From NCBI RefSeq assembly GCF_902459465.1, contig NC_047063.1, positions 14,012,001 through 14,076,000 on the forward strand: a stretch of 64,000 nucleotides of DNA, written 5' to 3'. The stretch's first letter is position 1; each line of letters starts with the position of its first letter. Shown here piece by piece: positions 23,248-34,689 of the stretch. This stretch comes from Asterias rubens (taxonomy: Eukaryota). A program made the position numbers and the translations under genes. Under the pieces are notes generated by a model. It ran no database searches and was not told the DNA's origin. It saw nothing but the letters and a program-made list of their open reading frames with translations.

Positions 23248-26048
23248 CCACAAAGATGTAAGTTTATAAATATGAATATATGTACATTGAATATAAGTAC
23301 ATTGTGCAAATAAGTACCTTATACGCTAAGCAGGCCTGGGACTAATCCTCTCAGATTGCACCCACTCTTTTGTTCAGGTCTACAATGCATGGAGCATTGA
23401 CCTTGTACTATTGGTCACATGAATTATGACAAGATTTACCACACAAACGTACCCACACACACAAAACACATTGGATACAGTGTATAAGACTTGCCTGGAA
23501 CTTCAAATCCTGGAAGCAATCTGGCATTAACGCACACTATCTTGAAAAGTTCACATACGATTAAAATGCCCTGTGCACCGTCCTGAGCTCATGTACACAA
23601 TTCATCCATCACTCTTCCAGAAGCCATGATAATAATTTCTGGGTACACTGGTGAGGGAACATGGAACATGAATAGCTCCCTCTAGTGGCAGGAAGAGTGT
23701 CAGCTATTCCACTTGTCTTGGAAGGTCAAATCAACATTGCGATGACTCTTTCTTTCAAAGAACAGTCAGAATTCGTCATGACTATTGACTATTTAATTAA
23801 AAATGCAGAAAGTGCTTAACCCACATAAGGATTGGTAAAAATTTGCTCGTATTTATTAGTTGGATGTTTTACTAATTTTTAGAGTGTATATTTCTGTCCT
23901 TTTAATATGTGTAACATAAAAATTGTATTTAACTAATGTTTTTTTAATTCATAATATATGCCAATGGAAGCGAAATTTATGTTTTTAGTGCGGAAAATAA
24001 ATTATTCTAATTCTGATTCTAGTTCAGGTTGTTACTGTATGGCGCATTTGTGTTTTTTTATTTTTTTTGTATTCATGTACAGTTGTGTATTATCCACATG
24101 TTGGAATTTCATCTTTGAGCAAAACCATTTTCAATCAGTATTACTATTAGGGCACTTCCATTGGAAAATCTGAAGTTCTAGATGGGAAACATTTGAAGGG
24201 GCACCAAGGCCAAGTCAGGAGCAACAGAGGTCATTGCCTGGCTGTAAATGCTGTAAGCATGAACTTTTCAGACTTACAGATCTACAGTTGGTCATGAAAT
24301 ACAGTAATATCTGTTTTAATACATGTCAGGTGTTTCGTTGCCATTTGCAGGGAAACCCCTTACATAATGGAAGACTACAATCACCTCCAAACACTCTCGT
24401 CTCTAAAATCCCTTTTCTGGTACCCATGCTGGCTTATTTCAGTCACAAGACCACTTTTGTTCTAGCCATTAATAATTTGTTCTGATAATGAAACTCCGTT
24501 TGGACACCCTGAGCAATTTTCTCCTTGACATTACAACATCTAATTAAAACCCCTACTGGGAAAACCCACACAGTCTGGTGGGGACTGAAAGACCCAATCC
24601 ACGTGCAAGGCTCTGGTCTGGGTATCAAACCGGGGTCCACAGAGGTGAAAGGCAGGTACAGAAACCACTCAGCCAACCTGACTGCCCAACACTGACATTA
24701 ATGTATCACACAATCATATAAAATACAAGTACTAATACTGTACCGCTAAGCTACATGTACCTTGTCACTTCTGCTACTTCAGCAATTTGACAGGGGACAA
24801 AGCTACGGAATTCTTAATAATAGTGTAAATTGCTCCTGTGCTAAATGTCAAATCATCTGCTTTCTGACACCTGCCATCCTAATAATCTATGCAAAACACG
24901 AGATGAACCTGTCAAAACATGTTCTACAGCAGCAGTTCAGTTTAAGAGGATAAGAGTAAAGGATTATTCAAGAGGTTTCCAATGCATTTTCTTATTGTGC
25001 TGCAAGACGCTGTGAGACCAGTTGGTTTTGAACTCGAGGTGAAAGGGAGAATTGAAAGTCATTTATTTATCGGTATTAATTAAATCTATATTAATTCTCC
25101 AGAGCAGCATTATCCCAATGGACAAGCTAGCCCTTGGCCTGCTACACACAAATTGCAGACCCATACATGTAAATTACTGTTGATACACAATTCATTTAAA
25201 TAAACTAATTCATTGACTTCAGATCAGATAACAGAACAAAAAATTATCAAAATAAAACCATTTTGGCAACCTCCAGATTGTCCAAGGTTCAAATCCTGTT
25301 CTAGTCAATTTGTCTTGCTCACTTACTTGTTTTGTCCAGATTTTTTTTCAACCAAATGCCCCACCCTCTTATTATTTTTGGTCTAAGGGAGGTAGGGGGA
25401 TGGGAAAGGTCATTTGTATACATGTACATGCAGGAAGAGCTGTGTATTGATAGAGTTGAAGCGTGTTTTCTTTTTTAGGATATGAGGCATTGCATGGTGG
25501 GGTATCAATAGATATTTAGTTTGCGGTAACATGTGTAACTACTTGCATGTAGAGTTTGTTCTTAGAGAACTGTCTTTCTTTATTCTACTACCGCGGAGTA
25601 GATTTATCGGATGTTCGTGAGACTTCTGAGTTCTGAAAAGAATTTTCCTGCTTTTTAACTACATGGGTGGAAGGTATAGAAAATTGGCTAGGACTACTAC
25701 TTTAGCTTATAGGATCGTAGTTAACTGTACTACCGTGGAGTCAGTTCTTAAAATTGGTCTCAATGTTTCAACTACATGTAGCTTTGTTACAGTCAGGAGA
25801 CTGAAGAGATAAGAGAGAAGTGGGCTTATTTATAGGTTTTCTTTTGTTACACCCAATTCTCAGTCTGAATGTGTAGTCTAGTCTGGCAGCCAGTGTGTGA
25901 ACGCGTTTGTTTGACTGAAAATGACTTCAAATCACAAGCTGTCTCAACCCTCTCGACAAACAGCTCTGCATTTCCAATGCCTCTTCTACCTCCTATAATC
26001 ACAACAAAATTGCCATCACTGCCAAGAATCTCTTTTAACAGAGATTAC

Positions 26049-26245
26049 AGGGCCAAATTTCATAGAGCTGCTTTAAGCAGACAATTTTGCTTACAAATTG
26101 TGTGCTTAGCAAAAATGAGCAGGATACCAGTCAGAAATGGTGCAAGTCACATGGTATTTTTGCTGGTAACCTTATGCTGATAAGCATGATTTTCTTTCGC
26201 TTAGCTACTCTTTCTGCTAAAGCAGCTCTATGAAACTGGGCCCAG
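26049..26245. mobile_element. ~200-bp gggcccaatttcat MITE, ~20 nt from the ATXN7 exon 3 donor
   Basis: cagggccaaatttcatagagctg..cagctctatgaaactgggcccag TIRs. Confidence 0.8.
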
Positions 26246-26265
26246 ATCTGAAAGTTTTTACTTAC

Positions 26266-26370
26266 CCATATGCCTTTCTAGTGCCTGAGGTTTTACGACT
26301 TGCTTGCACTGCTCGCAGACTACCAGGTAGAACTCATCTTGCGTCGGACAGATTCCGAAGACATTTGCAT
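26266..26370 (-). CDS. ATXN7: Ataxin-7 family, exon 3, N-terminal zinc finger (DANVFGICPTQDEFYLVVCEQCKQVVKPQALERHM)
   Basis: Matches the ATXN7/Sgf73 ZnF consensus FG..P..D.FYLVVC..C.QVVKPQ. AG acceptor, GTAAG donor, phase 1-1. Confidence 0.95.
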
Positions 26371-27489
26371 CTGAGCTTTTGGTTAAGGAAAGGTTTTTCA
26401 CCGGATAAAACAAAAAAGAGTTGGGAAAAGACCTTCTTGGGAGGAAAAAAGGGAAAAAAGTTCTTTTTAATAGTTTCAAGTTTAAGATCATCAAATTGTT
26501 TGAGTCAGACTGCAAAATGGTTAATAAGGATTATATAATACACAAACCTAGGTTTACCTTAAAAATAGTGCAAACACGAGACAATTCCCTATTAGAATCA
26601 TACCCAAATAGACAAACTCATGATCATTGTACAAAAAGCTGAAACTCTGGTTTATTTCACAATAAGCAAGTCACTGTCAAGGAACCTGGCAAAAATAAAC
26701 AGCGGTCTGGGTCAAACATGCAATTGAATTTACAGGTGAATTTTAAAAAGGCTTCAAATATGTTATTAAGATTTTTGGCCTGGTTTTATAGATTTATAAA
26801 CCTAAACCTTGATAGACCCATACATTGTAGATACATGTACATGTACTTCACCTGAAGTTACTACTGTTCTAAACCAAGTTTTCCCAAGAAAAGTAGTTCA
26901 TTATGCATATGTACCAAGGTATAATCAGTTATCTTGAAGATTGGAGTGCGGCCCTGATTGGATATGGAGCGCAGATTTATATTTTGCCATTAGACTATCT
27001 ACATGTATGGGAAATGTTTGATGGGGCACCAATGCCAAAGCAGCAGAGGCCATGGCGACTGTGTAATTCCACGCCTGTATGCAAAACCTTTTCAGTGTTT
27101 ATGGTACACAAGGGGTGAAATTACAAACTTCCAATTTCTTAACTAAATCCATCAAACTCCAACAGCATACAGTAGCAGCTTCTCAATCAAACCATCCGGC
27201 TGCGTCTGAATAAGCGGCTATGGCTACATCTAACGGCTAGATAGCCCAACATCATCACACGTTGAAGTAAAGCATATCCTTAGTAACACCCTAACCAACA
27301 GTCGTAGCCGAAGCCGACAATTCAGAAGAATGGAAGACTTTTTGACAATAGATGGCAGCAGACGTTGTGTGTACATCCATTGCTCTTGGAAGTACATGCA
27401 CGCTCTGAACGAAGTAAATACAGAATGACCATGTTTGTCCCACACACTCTTTGACATCTCAAAATACATAGACCATGTAACCCTTGTTT

Positions 27490-27800
27490 TAAACAAATAA
27501 TAACCTTGAGCATTCCAGGGCTTTTCTGTCAGGCAACATACTTGATTGGGCATGTTGGAAACCTCAATTTTGGTGTCCTAAATTCAAAATAAATTCAAGA
27601 GTTATCAAAGCACCAGCTTAAAAAGTTTTGAGAAACACTCCCTTTCTTTACATTGAAAGTTGATTACATAAAGTATAAGATTGATTGGCTTCATCCACTG
27701 AGCTGTGTTCAAATAAATAGTGCCTGTTGGAAGTCCAGGCTCTGTGGCTCTTTTGTAAACATGTGATGTCACAGAGAGGTATGGTTTATCCCATTGGTTT
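27490..27800 (-). pseudogene. Decayed coding relic of unknown family, copy B (..MFTKE.TEPGLPTGTI...VCCLTEKPWNAQGYYLF)
   Basis: See copy A. Frameshifted. Confidence 0.6.
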
Positions 27801-28596
27801 CCCAAACCTCACGCTAAGCATCATTGGCTCTGCTTTGTAGTGCAGTGCCAAGTTCCATCATCTTCTGTCACAGTTTGCCAATGGATTTTGATCAAGTCTT
27901 GGCTGTATCCTGTAACAAAACCAAATAATTCCATCTGCAAATATTAAAGATTTGTGAATATCTGGTGGAAGACAACAGGTTAAAAGTTAATTTTTACAAG
28001 AAACTTTTGTTACCAAAACTACATCAACAACAACTACGTCAACAAAGTCTCTTCAGCAGGAAATTTGAACCTGTACTCTACGTGGCCACGATACATTAAC
28101 CCAACCCTCCAGTGCTAGTGTTGAAGTCGAGAACCGATAGTTCAAGACCAGTCAGACCGCGACAAAGACCGAACATAAAAGTTCCAAGACTGTGAGACCA
28201 CAGGGTACTGAGACCTCAACGCAGCTTTACTTCACTCAGAGGAGTCCCACATCTCAACACGAAATCAACTTCAACGCAGACATGGCTGGTCATCCTTCTT
28301 CCTACTCACAAGGAATGCCCTACTTCAACATACCTTTGCATCCAACTCTTCCATCAATCCGTAAACCTCATTATAACCCAACCAGCAAAAGGATCCATGC
28401 ACTGAAGATGCTGGCCAATATCCCTTTTTATCGCAACATCACAGCCCAAGTTTTTGCCAACCGAGGTTGGAAAACTATGGAAAACAACATAATGACACCA
28501 GTTTGTTACAACGTCACACAGAAACTACTCACAATAGTGTTGAATATGTTGAAAACAAAACGACCAATCAGGGAAGATATATTCTAATATATAAGT

Positions 28597-29950
28597 GGGA
28601 TTGGGATCTCACTATCACCGAGTGGGATTGGGATCTCACTTTCACTGAGTGGGATTGGGATCTCACCATCACTGAGTGGGATTGGGATCTCACTTTCACC
28701 GAGTGGGATTGTGATCTCACTATCACTGAGTTGGATTGGGATCTCATTATCACAGAGTGGGATTGGGATCTCACTTTCACTGAGAGGGATTGGGATCTCA
28801 CTATCACCGAGTGGGATTGTGATCTCACTATCACTGAGTTGGATTGGGATCTCATTATCACAGAGTGGGATTGGGATCTCACTTTCACTGAGTGGGATTG
28901 TGATCTCACTATCACTGAGTGGGATTGGGATCACACTATCACTGAGTGGGATTGTGATCTCACTATGACTGAGTGGGAATAAGATCTCACTACCACTGAG
29001 TGGGATTAAGATCTCATTATCACTGAGTGGGATTTGGGATCTCACTATCACTGAGTGGGATTGGGATCTCACTATTACTGAGTGGGATTGGGATCTCACT
29101 ATCACTGAGTGGGATTAAAATCTCACTATCACTTAGTGGGATTGGGATCTCACTATTACCGAGTGGGAACCTGATCTCACTATCACTGAGTGGGATTGGG
29201 ATCTCACTTCTGAGTAGGATTGGGATATCACAATCACTGAGTGGGATTGGGATCTCACTATCACCGAGTAGGATTGGGATCTCACTATCACTGAGTAGGA
29301 TTGGGATCTCACTATTAATGAGTGGGATTGGGATCTCACTATCACTGAGTGGGATTAAAATCTCACTATCACTTAGTGGGATTGGGATCTCACTATTACC
29401 GAGTGGGAACCTGATCTCACTATCACTGAAAGGGATTGGGATCTCACTTTAACCGATTAGGATTGGGATCTCACTATCACTGAGTGGGATTGGGATCTCA
29501 CTATCACTGAGTGGGATTAAATCTCACTTTCACTGAGTGGAATTGGGATCTCACTTTCACTGAGTGGGATTGGGATCTCACTATCACAGAGTAGGATTGG
29601 GATCTCACTATCACTGAGTGGGATTGGGATCTCACTATCACTGAGTGGGAGTGGGATATCACTGTCACCGAGTGGGCTTGGGATCTCAGTACCAGTGAGT
29701 GGGATAAAGTGGGATCGGGATCGCACTATCACAACAAATTATTGGAGTCTTTATTCAACTCGGTCGGCGATAATAAGATCCCAATCCTTCTTAGATGTGG
29801 GATTGGGATATCACTATCACAAGGTGGCATTGAAATCTTAATGTTACTGACCAAGTTGGATTGAAATATTACCATCACAAAGAGAGATCCTACTATTGGA
29901 TGGGTTTCAGGAATGGAATCTTACTACATCGAGTGGAACTGGGATCTTCA
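28597..29950. repeat. 27-bp minisatellite (gagtgggattgggatctcactatcact)n, ~42 good units to ~29745 then degenerate
   Basis: Read directly. Explains the repetitive ORFs (TEWDWDLTI, SEIPIPLSD, SLSGIGISL). Confidence 0.97.
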
Positions 29951-30329
29951 ATCTTTGAAATTAAAGTTTCCAAGTGAGTGAAAATCTCACAGGTATATCT
30001 GACCAATTTCAAACACAAGCTAGATTTACAACTAGCAAGCTTCCTACATATGCAGAATAACCAGGAAAATCAAGCCTGCTGCCACTGGGTTTGGCCTACC
30101 TTGTTTCACACGTTTCTTGAGAAGAAATTAAAGTCCAAATGAACAAATGATGGTCTCAAGATGAGTCTCCCCGAGTAATGTCTCCACAAATACGTCGAAC
30201 TGAAACAAATGAACTGACTTGAAAGTATAAATTCCTTTAGCTTTATCATTAGTAACTTGCAAGGAAGCATCCTCAATGCTGTTAAAATGTTTTGGTGTTC
30301 TTGCTGCAACCATAAATTGCCTTAATATA

Positions 30330-30550
30330 ACAAGATTCATATTATTAATAAATCTCGTTTATGATAGTGTATTCTCACAGTCTGCCGTGCGTAAGCAAGA
30401 CGCACGATGCGCATTATTGCGTTTGCGTGTTGACACTGTGCATCTTGCACACAAATGTATACACGTACGCACGGCAGCAGACATCATTGTGAGAGTACAA
30501 TCAAAACGAAAAATTTTTAACGTTGGGAGCTACAATATTTCACAAAAATG
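30330..30550. mobile_element. Dispersed repeat related to 50760-51010
   Basis: Shared gcaagacgcacga..gcgtttgcgtgt..cacggcagca..gtgaga.tac.atcaaaa blocks. Confidence 0.6.
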
Positions 30551-30675
30551 ACAGATTTGTGAGGAATATGACGACCAAAACCCACCGCAGAAAAATGTAT
30601 GCTGCCATGAAATGTGAATCTGTTGAGAATAGTGGCTTCTTGAGTTATGAAGCTTTGAAAATTTTCTGGAAGGCC

Positions 30676-31375
30676 CATGGAGCTATATATATTGACTAGA
30701 GCGTTAACTTGCTCTGCATTTTGAAGCCACCCTGGGCACAGACATGTTTGATGTGATGTGTGATTATTTTAAGAGAACCAGATTGCCGCGACTTTTTTAC
30801 ATTCGGCGTGTGTTACGTACGCGACTGCCCATAGACCTTCAAGTATGCAGATGACGTCATTTCAGTAGGGCGCCCCTAGAGGTCAAAAGGAGGTTGTTCA
30901 TTGGCCAATAATGTGCGCTGCGCATACGCCCACATTGCCAAACTTGGTTACTGGTAGACAGCTTTATGAAATTGTGCCCAGATTAATTTAGGTAAGCAAG
31001 TGCGTATTTTACAGCAAGAAATTTAGGCGACCATTATTTCACACAGGCTAATAATTAGGACCTAAATCGAAAACGAAAACTGTAAGTTCAAGTTAAAATT
31101 GAATGACATAGGCCTAATTAAAAAAACATATACGCGTTTAAACATGATGCTCGCAGTTTGTACACTCATCAGCAGATTGTGCATTCACATTTGCTGCATT
31201 TTTTGGTTCGATGACACATAGAAAAGAACAAACGCACTATCATGCAAATAGCCGTACAATTGTCATTCAAAATTTTGTATTGATTTTTACATAAACATGG
31301 ATGCGCCCACAGCTTTAAAACCTTAGTGCGTGTATAACGAGTGTTAGCGCTCTAGTCAATATATATAGCTCTATG
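30676..31375. mobile_element. P-element-type MITE: TIR CAT(G/A)GAGCTATATATATTGACTAGAGCG, 8-bp TSD GGAAGGCC
   Basis: ~28-bp TIR. GGAAGGCC at 30668-30675 and 31376-31383. CA..TG ends with an 8-bp TSD fit the P superfamily. Confidence 0.85.
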
Positions 31376-31884
31376 GGAAGGCCCTGAGTATACAGTGCTT
31401 GCCACTCTTTGGTGACCGGTGAGAACTACTGTGTAAACAGTGTTGAACTCAAGCATCTGGTTAAGTTATGATAGTGCAGAACATGTAGAAAAAAGGCAGT
31501 TACACAGGAGAAAAAACAAATAAACATTGACTTTGAACATTGATTTTGTATTATATAATTGGGGACTTTTGGGATGGTAGGTGGCACCAGACTTAGAATT
31601 GTGCACACGCCATAGAAATATAACCCGGAGAACGCCGAGTGCGTCATTGTGCATACGATTTCTTTGTGTTTTTATGGACGTATCGCATGTCATCGATACA
31701 CTTTGCCAACAAACCACACAGAGGGCGGCCAAGCTCAGCGCTTTTTGGGTTCTATTTCTATGCCACACACTCAGAACTAAGTAAACAATGGAAATTGACC
31801 CGGCAAGTCTGCTGCCACCTAGTGTTTCAAAGGCACCCATTGATACGTGTGTTGTTTTGGAATGTTTTTTTTTAAGTGTTCGAT

Positions 31885-33405
31885 CAAGTCAAGTCACTTT
31901 GTACTCAGGTCACTTGTTACCAGAGTCACTTCATACCCAAATCACCTGGTACCTAACCAAAATCACTTTGTACCACCAACACGTGTTTAATTGTCTGTGT
32001 GTAAATCACTCTCTGTCTGTCTGTCTGTCCGGGTTATAAGTTCATTAATTCTGTATATTTTCATGGTAATATACACAACAAAATGCAGGAAGATCAGAAT
32101 AAAATTTCCTCAGCGCAGGTGTCTTTATCAAACTGTGGTACAGTGTACTTCAAATTAAAATGCCTGTTAAAAAGGAGCAGTACTTGCCTGGGAAGAGTAG
32201 CAACAGCACACTTGACACAAACATTGGTTATTATCAAGTTGGTTATTATCATATTACCTATAAGACTTGACTTGGGTACAGAGAGACTTCGTACCAATGT
32301 CACTTCAAACCCAAGTCACTGCATACCCAAGTCACTTCATACACAAGTCACTTCAAACCCAAGTCACTAAAAAACCCAAGGCACTTCATAACCGAGTCAC
32401 ATTGTACCTAAAGTCACTTTATACCAAAGTCACTTCGTACCCAAGCATGCCAAGTCACTTTGTGCTCAAGTCACTTTATACCGAAGTCACTTTGTACCCA
32501 GTCACTCTGTACCAAGTCACTCTGTACCAAGTCACTACTTGGGTACAAAGTGACTTGGACACAGAGTAATGAGGGTGAACATTGACTTGGGTGCAATATG
32601 ACTGGGGTAAAAGTGACTTGGTTATGAAGCGACTTTGATACAAAGTGACTTGGGTACAAAGTTACTCAGGTATGAAGTGACCTGGAAATGAAGTGACTTG
32701 GGTACGAACTAATGTAACTGAGGTACAAAGCGACTTTGGAACAGTTGACTTCGTATTAAGTGGCTTGGGTACAAAATTACTTGGGTATGAAGTGGCTTGG
32801 GTACAAATTTACTTTGGTACGAAGGGACTTGGATACGAAGTGACTTGGATACAAAGTGACTTGGGTACGAAGTGACTTGGGTACAAAGTGACTTGGGTAG
32901 GAAGTGACTTGGGTAGGAAGTGACTTAGGTATGAAGGGACTTAGGTTTTAAGTGACTTGGGTACGAAGAGACTTGAGTACAAAGTGACTTGGTACGAAGT
33001 GACTTGAGTATGAATTGACTTGGGTACGAAGTGACTTGGGTACAAAGTGACTTGGGTACAAAGTGACTTGGGTACGAAGTGACTTGTGCAGGAAGTGACT
33101 TGTGTAGGAAGTGACTTGGGTACAAATTTACTTGGGTACAAATTTACTTGGGTACAAAGTGAATTGGGTATGAAGTGACAAGGGTACAAATTTACTTGGG
33201 TACAAAGTGACTTGGGTAGAAAGTGACTTGGGTACGAAGTGACTTGGATACAAAGTGACTTGGGTATGAAGTGACACGGGTACAAATTTACTTGGGGACG
33301 GAGTGACTTGGGTAAAAAGTGACTTGGGTACGAAGTGACTTGGGTATGAAGTGACTTGGGTACGAAGTGACTTTGGTATGAAGTGACTTGGGTACAAAGT
33401 GACTG
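31885..33405. repeat. 16-bp minisatellite (aagtgacttgggtac(a/g))n in alternating orientations
   Basis: Units read as gtacccaagtcactt up to ~32537 and as aagtgacttgggtac thereafter. Explains ORFs 32267-33441. Confidence 0.95.
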
Positions 33406-34295
33406 ACACTCTTCACTAGTAAGATTAGTCAGTGTTATCACAATTAGTTCTTTTCACCGAATGTAACTAGCTACAAGTAACAACACTCACTGTTACTTTT
33501 ATTGTTCACTTGGATCCCTGTACCACGTACAGCGACAACCCTATGGGTGATTGTACGTGATGAGGAAGGAAGGTTCAGCAGTGGTTTTCTCATCTTAAAC
33601 AGAAAACCAATTTGTTTAAAACCTCCCCTCATTGAACTAGGAAAAATCAGTCATTCATCAGTAGATGATAATGTGTAAATAATGTGCATTACAATGTGCA
33701 TTACAGTCGTCACCGACGTCAGTCTGAGACATACACGGCGGAATGAATTAGTTGGTCATGTTGGTTGTTAAAACATACAAACTTGTGACTTCAACAAGAC
33801 TAAAATAAACTGCGCGGAAACTTAGGAACAACACTACATGATTGGATTGAAAAATTACTTTCATGTGATTTGTCTTAATGTTAAAGTATACAGTGCACCT
33901 TTGTGTGTAGTTCAATAGTCCTTCAATACAACACAGAGAAATGGCAGAAACTGTGCATGTGTTTGAATAGGCTCTTATGACCAAGGCGAGCGCAGTCTTT
34001 TCACAACTGTTTCGGAAAATATTTTGAGTGTTTTCTCAAGTGAACAAAGAGGACGTAAACTTGGATGTCTGAGTTGACGAGTATATTTTGTTCATGATTC
34101 TTCTGTGTCTGACTTTGAAGACACCAAATCAAGGACAACAATGCATTGCACTGCTCACTAGCTAGCACCACACTGTGTGCTGGACAAACCTCAAACCACA
34201 TACACAGTAATTAATGATCCCAAACTAGGGGTGGAAGTTTCTCAACAACCACTCACAAACATGCCAGCTGAGTGGCCTCTTAAGACAAAGGATAC

Positions 34296-34406
34296 CCTTT
34301 AATCTGAGTTTCATAACTTGCTCTGTGTCCTGCTCCCTGTCCGCATCTTCGTCTTGAACTTCCAGCGACCCATCAGTTTCTTCGTCCCCTCGACCCGAAG
34401 GTGCAT
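34296..34406 (-). CDS. ATXN7: Ataxin-7 family, exon 2 (DAPSGRGDEETDGSLEVQDEDADREQDTEQVMKLRLK)
   Basis: Pyrimidine tract + cacAG acceptor, GT donor, phase 1-1. VMKL precedes the zinc finger as in vertebrate ATXN7 (VMRL). Confidence 0.85.
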
Positions 34407-34542
34407 CTGTGCATAAGGAATAGGAAAATCCCGCGATTAAACATGCCGTGTAATCACCACTAACTACAAGATTTTCTGACCAAGGAAAACTCGAATGCCG
34501 GCGTGAGTGGTCTTCAAAGAAAGTTGAAAGATCTATGCTCAC

Positions 34543-34633
34543 CTTTATTGTCGGTACCGACCACTTTGTCGGCCCATGACGACCAGGGCTGGCCCACAAA
34601 CTGTGACGGACTACCGTGGTCTACGGTCGCCAT
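34543..34633 (-). CDS. ATXN7: Ataxin-7 family, coding exon 1 (MATVDHGSPSQFVGQPWSSWADKVVGTDNK)
   Basis: ATG at 34633 in strong context (gtaATGG). Peptide resembles the ATXN7L1/L2 N-terminal motif (..F.G.PWSSW.D). GTGAG donor, phase 1. Not in the ORF track. Confidence 0.85.
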
Positions 34634-34681
34634 TACTGATCTGCCGTGTTGCCTGCCATGTATCCCGTCGTGCTATGCGCG

Positions 34682-34689
34682 TGACGTCA
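34682..34689. promoter_or_regulatory. Palindromic CRE (TGACGTCA) in the CpG-rich ATXN7 promoter/5'UTR
   Basis: Full CRE octamer ~50 nt upstream of the ATXN7 ATG, inside a locally CpG-rich stretch (~34480-34740). Function is inferred. Confidence 0.45.

Noticed and set aside
28192-28587. 131-aa plus-strand ORF
   Set aside because: No recognisable domain or splice support. May be a decayed LINE end, but the motif match is too weak to call.
28467-29732. Long repetitive ORFs (TEWDWDL, SEIPIPL, VRSQSHS) and a CRISPR-like appearance
   Set aside because: Contiguous 27-bp tandem units with no unique spacers and no cas genes, in a eukaryotic intron.
32267-33441. Repetitive ORFs (QVTSYPSHFVPKSL)
   Set aside because: Products of the 16-bp satellite.
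34225-34599. 124-aa ORF as the ATXN7 first exon
   Set aside because: Starts at TTG and reads through intron 1. Only 34296-34406 is coding, and the true exon 1 is in another frame from ATG 34633.
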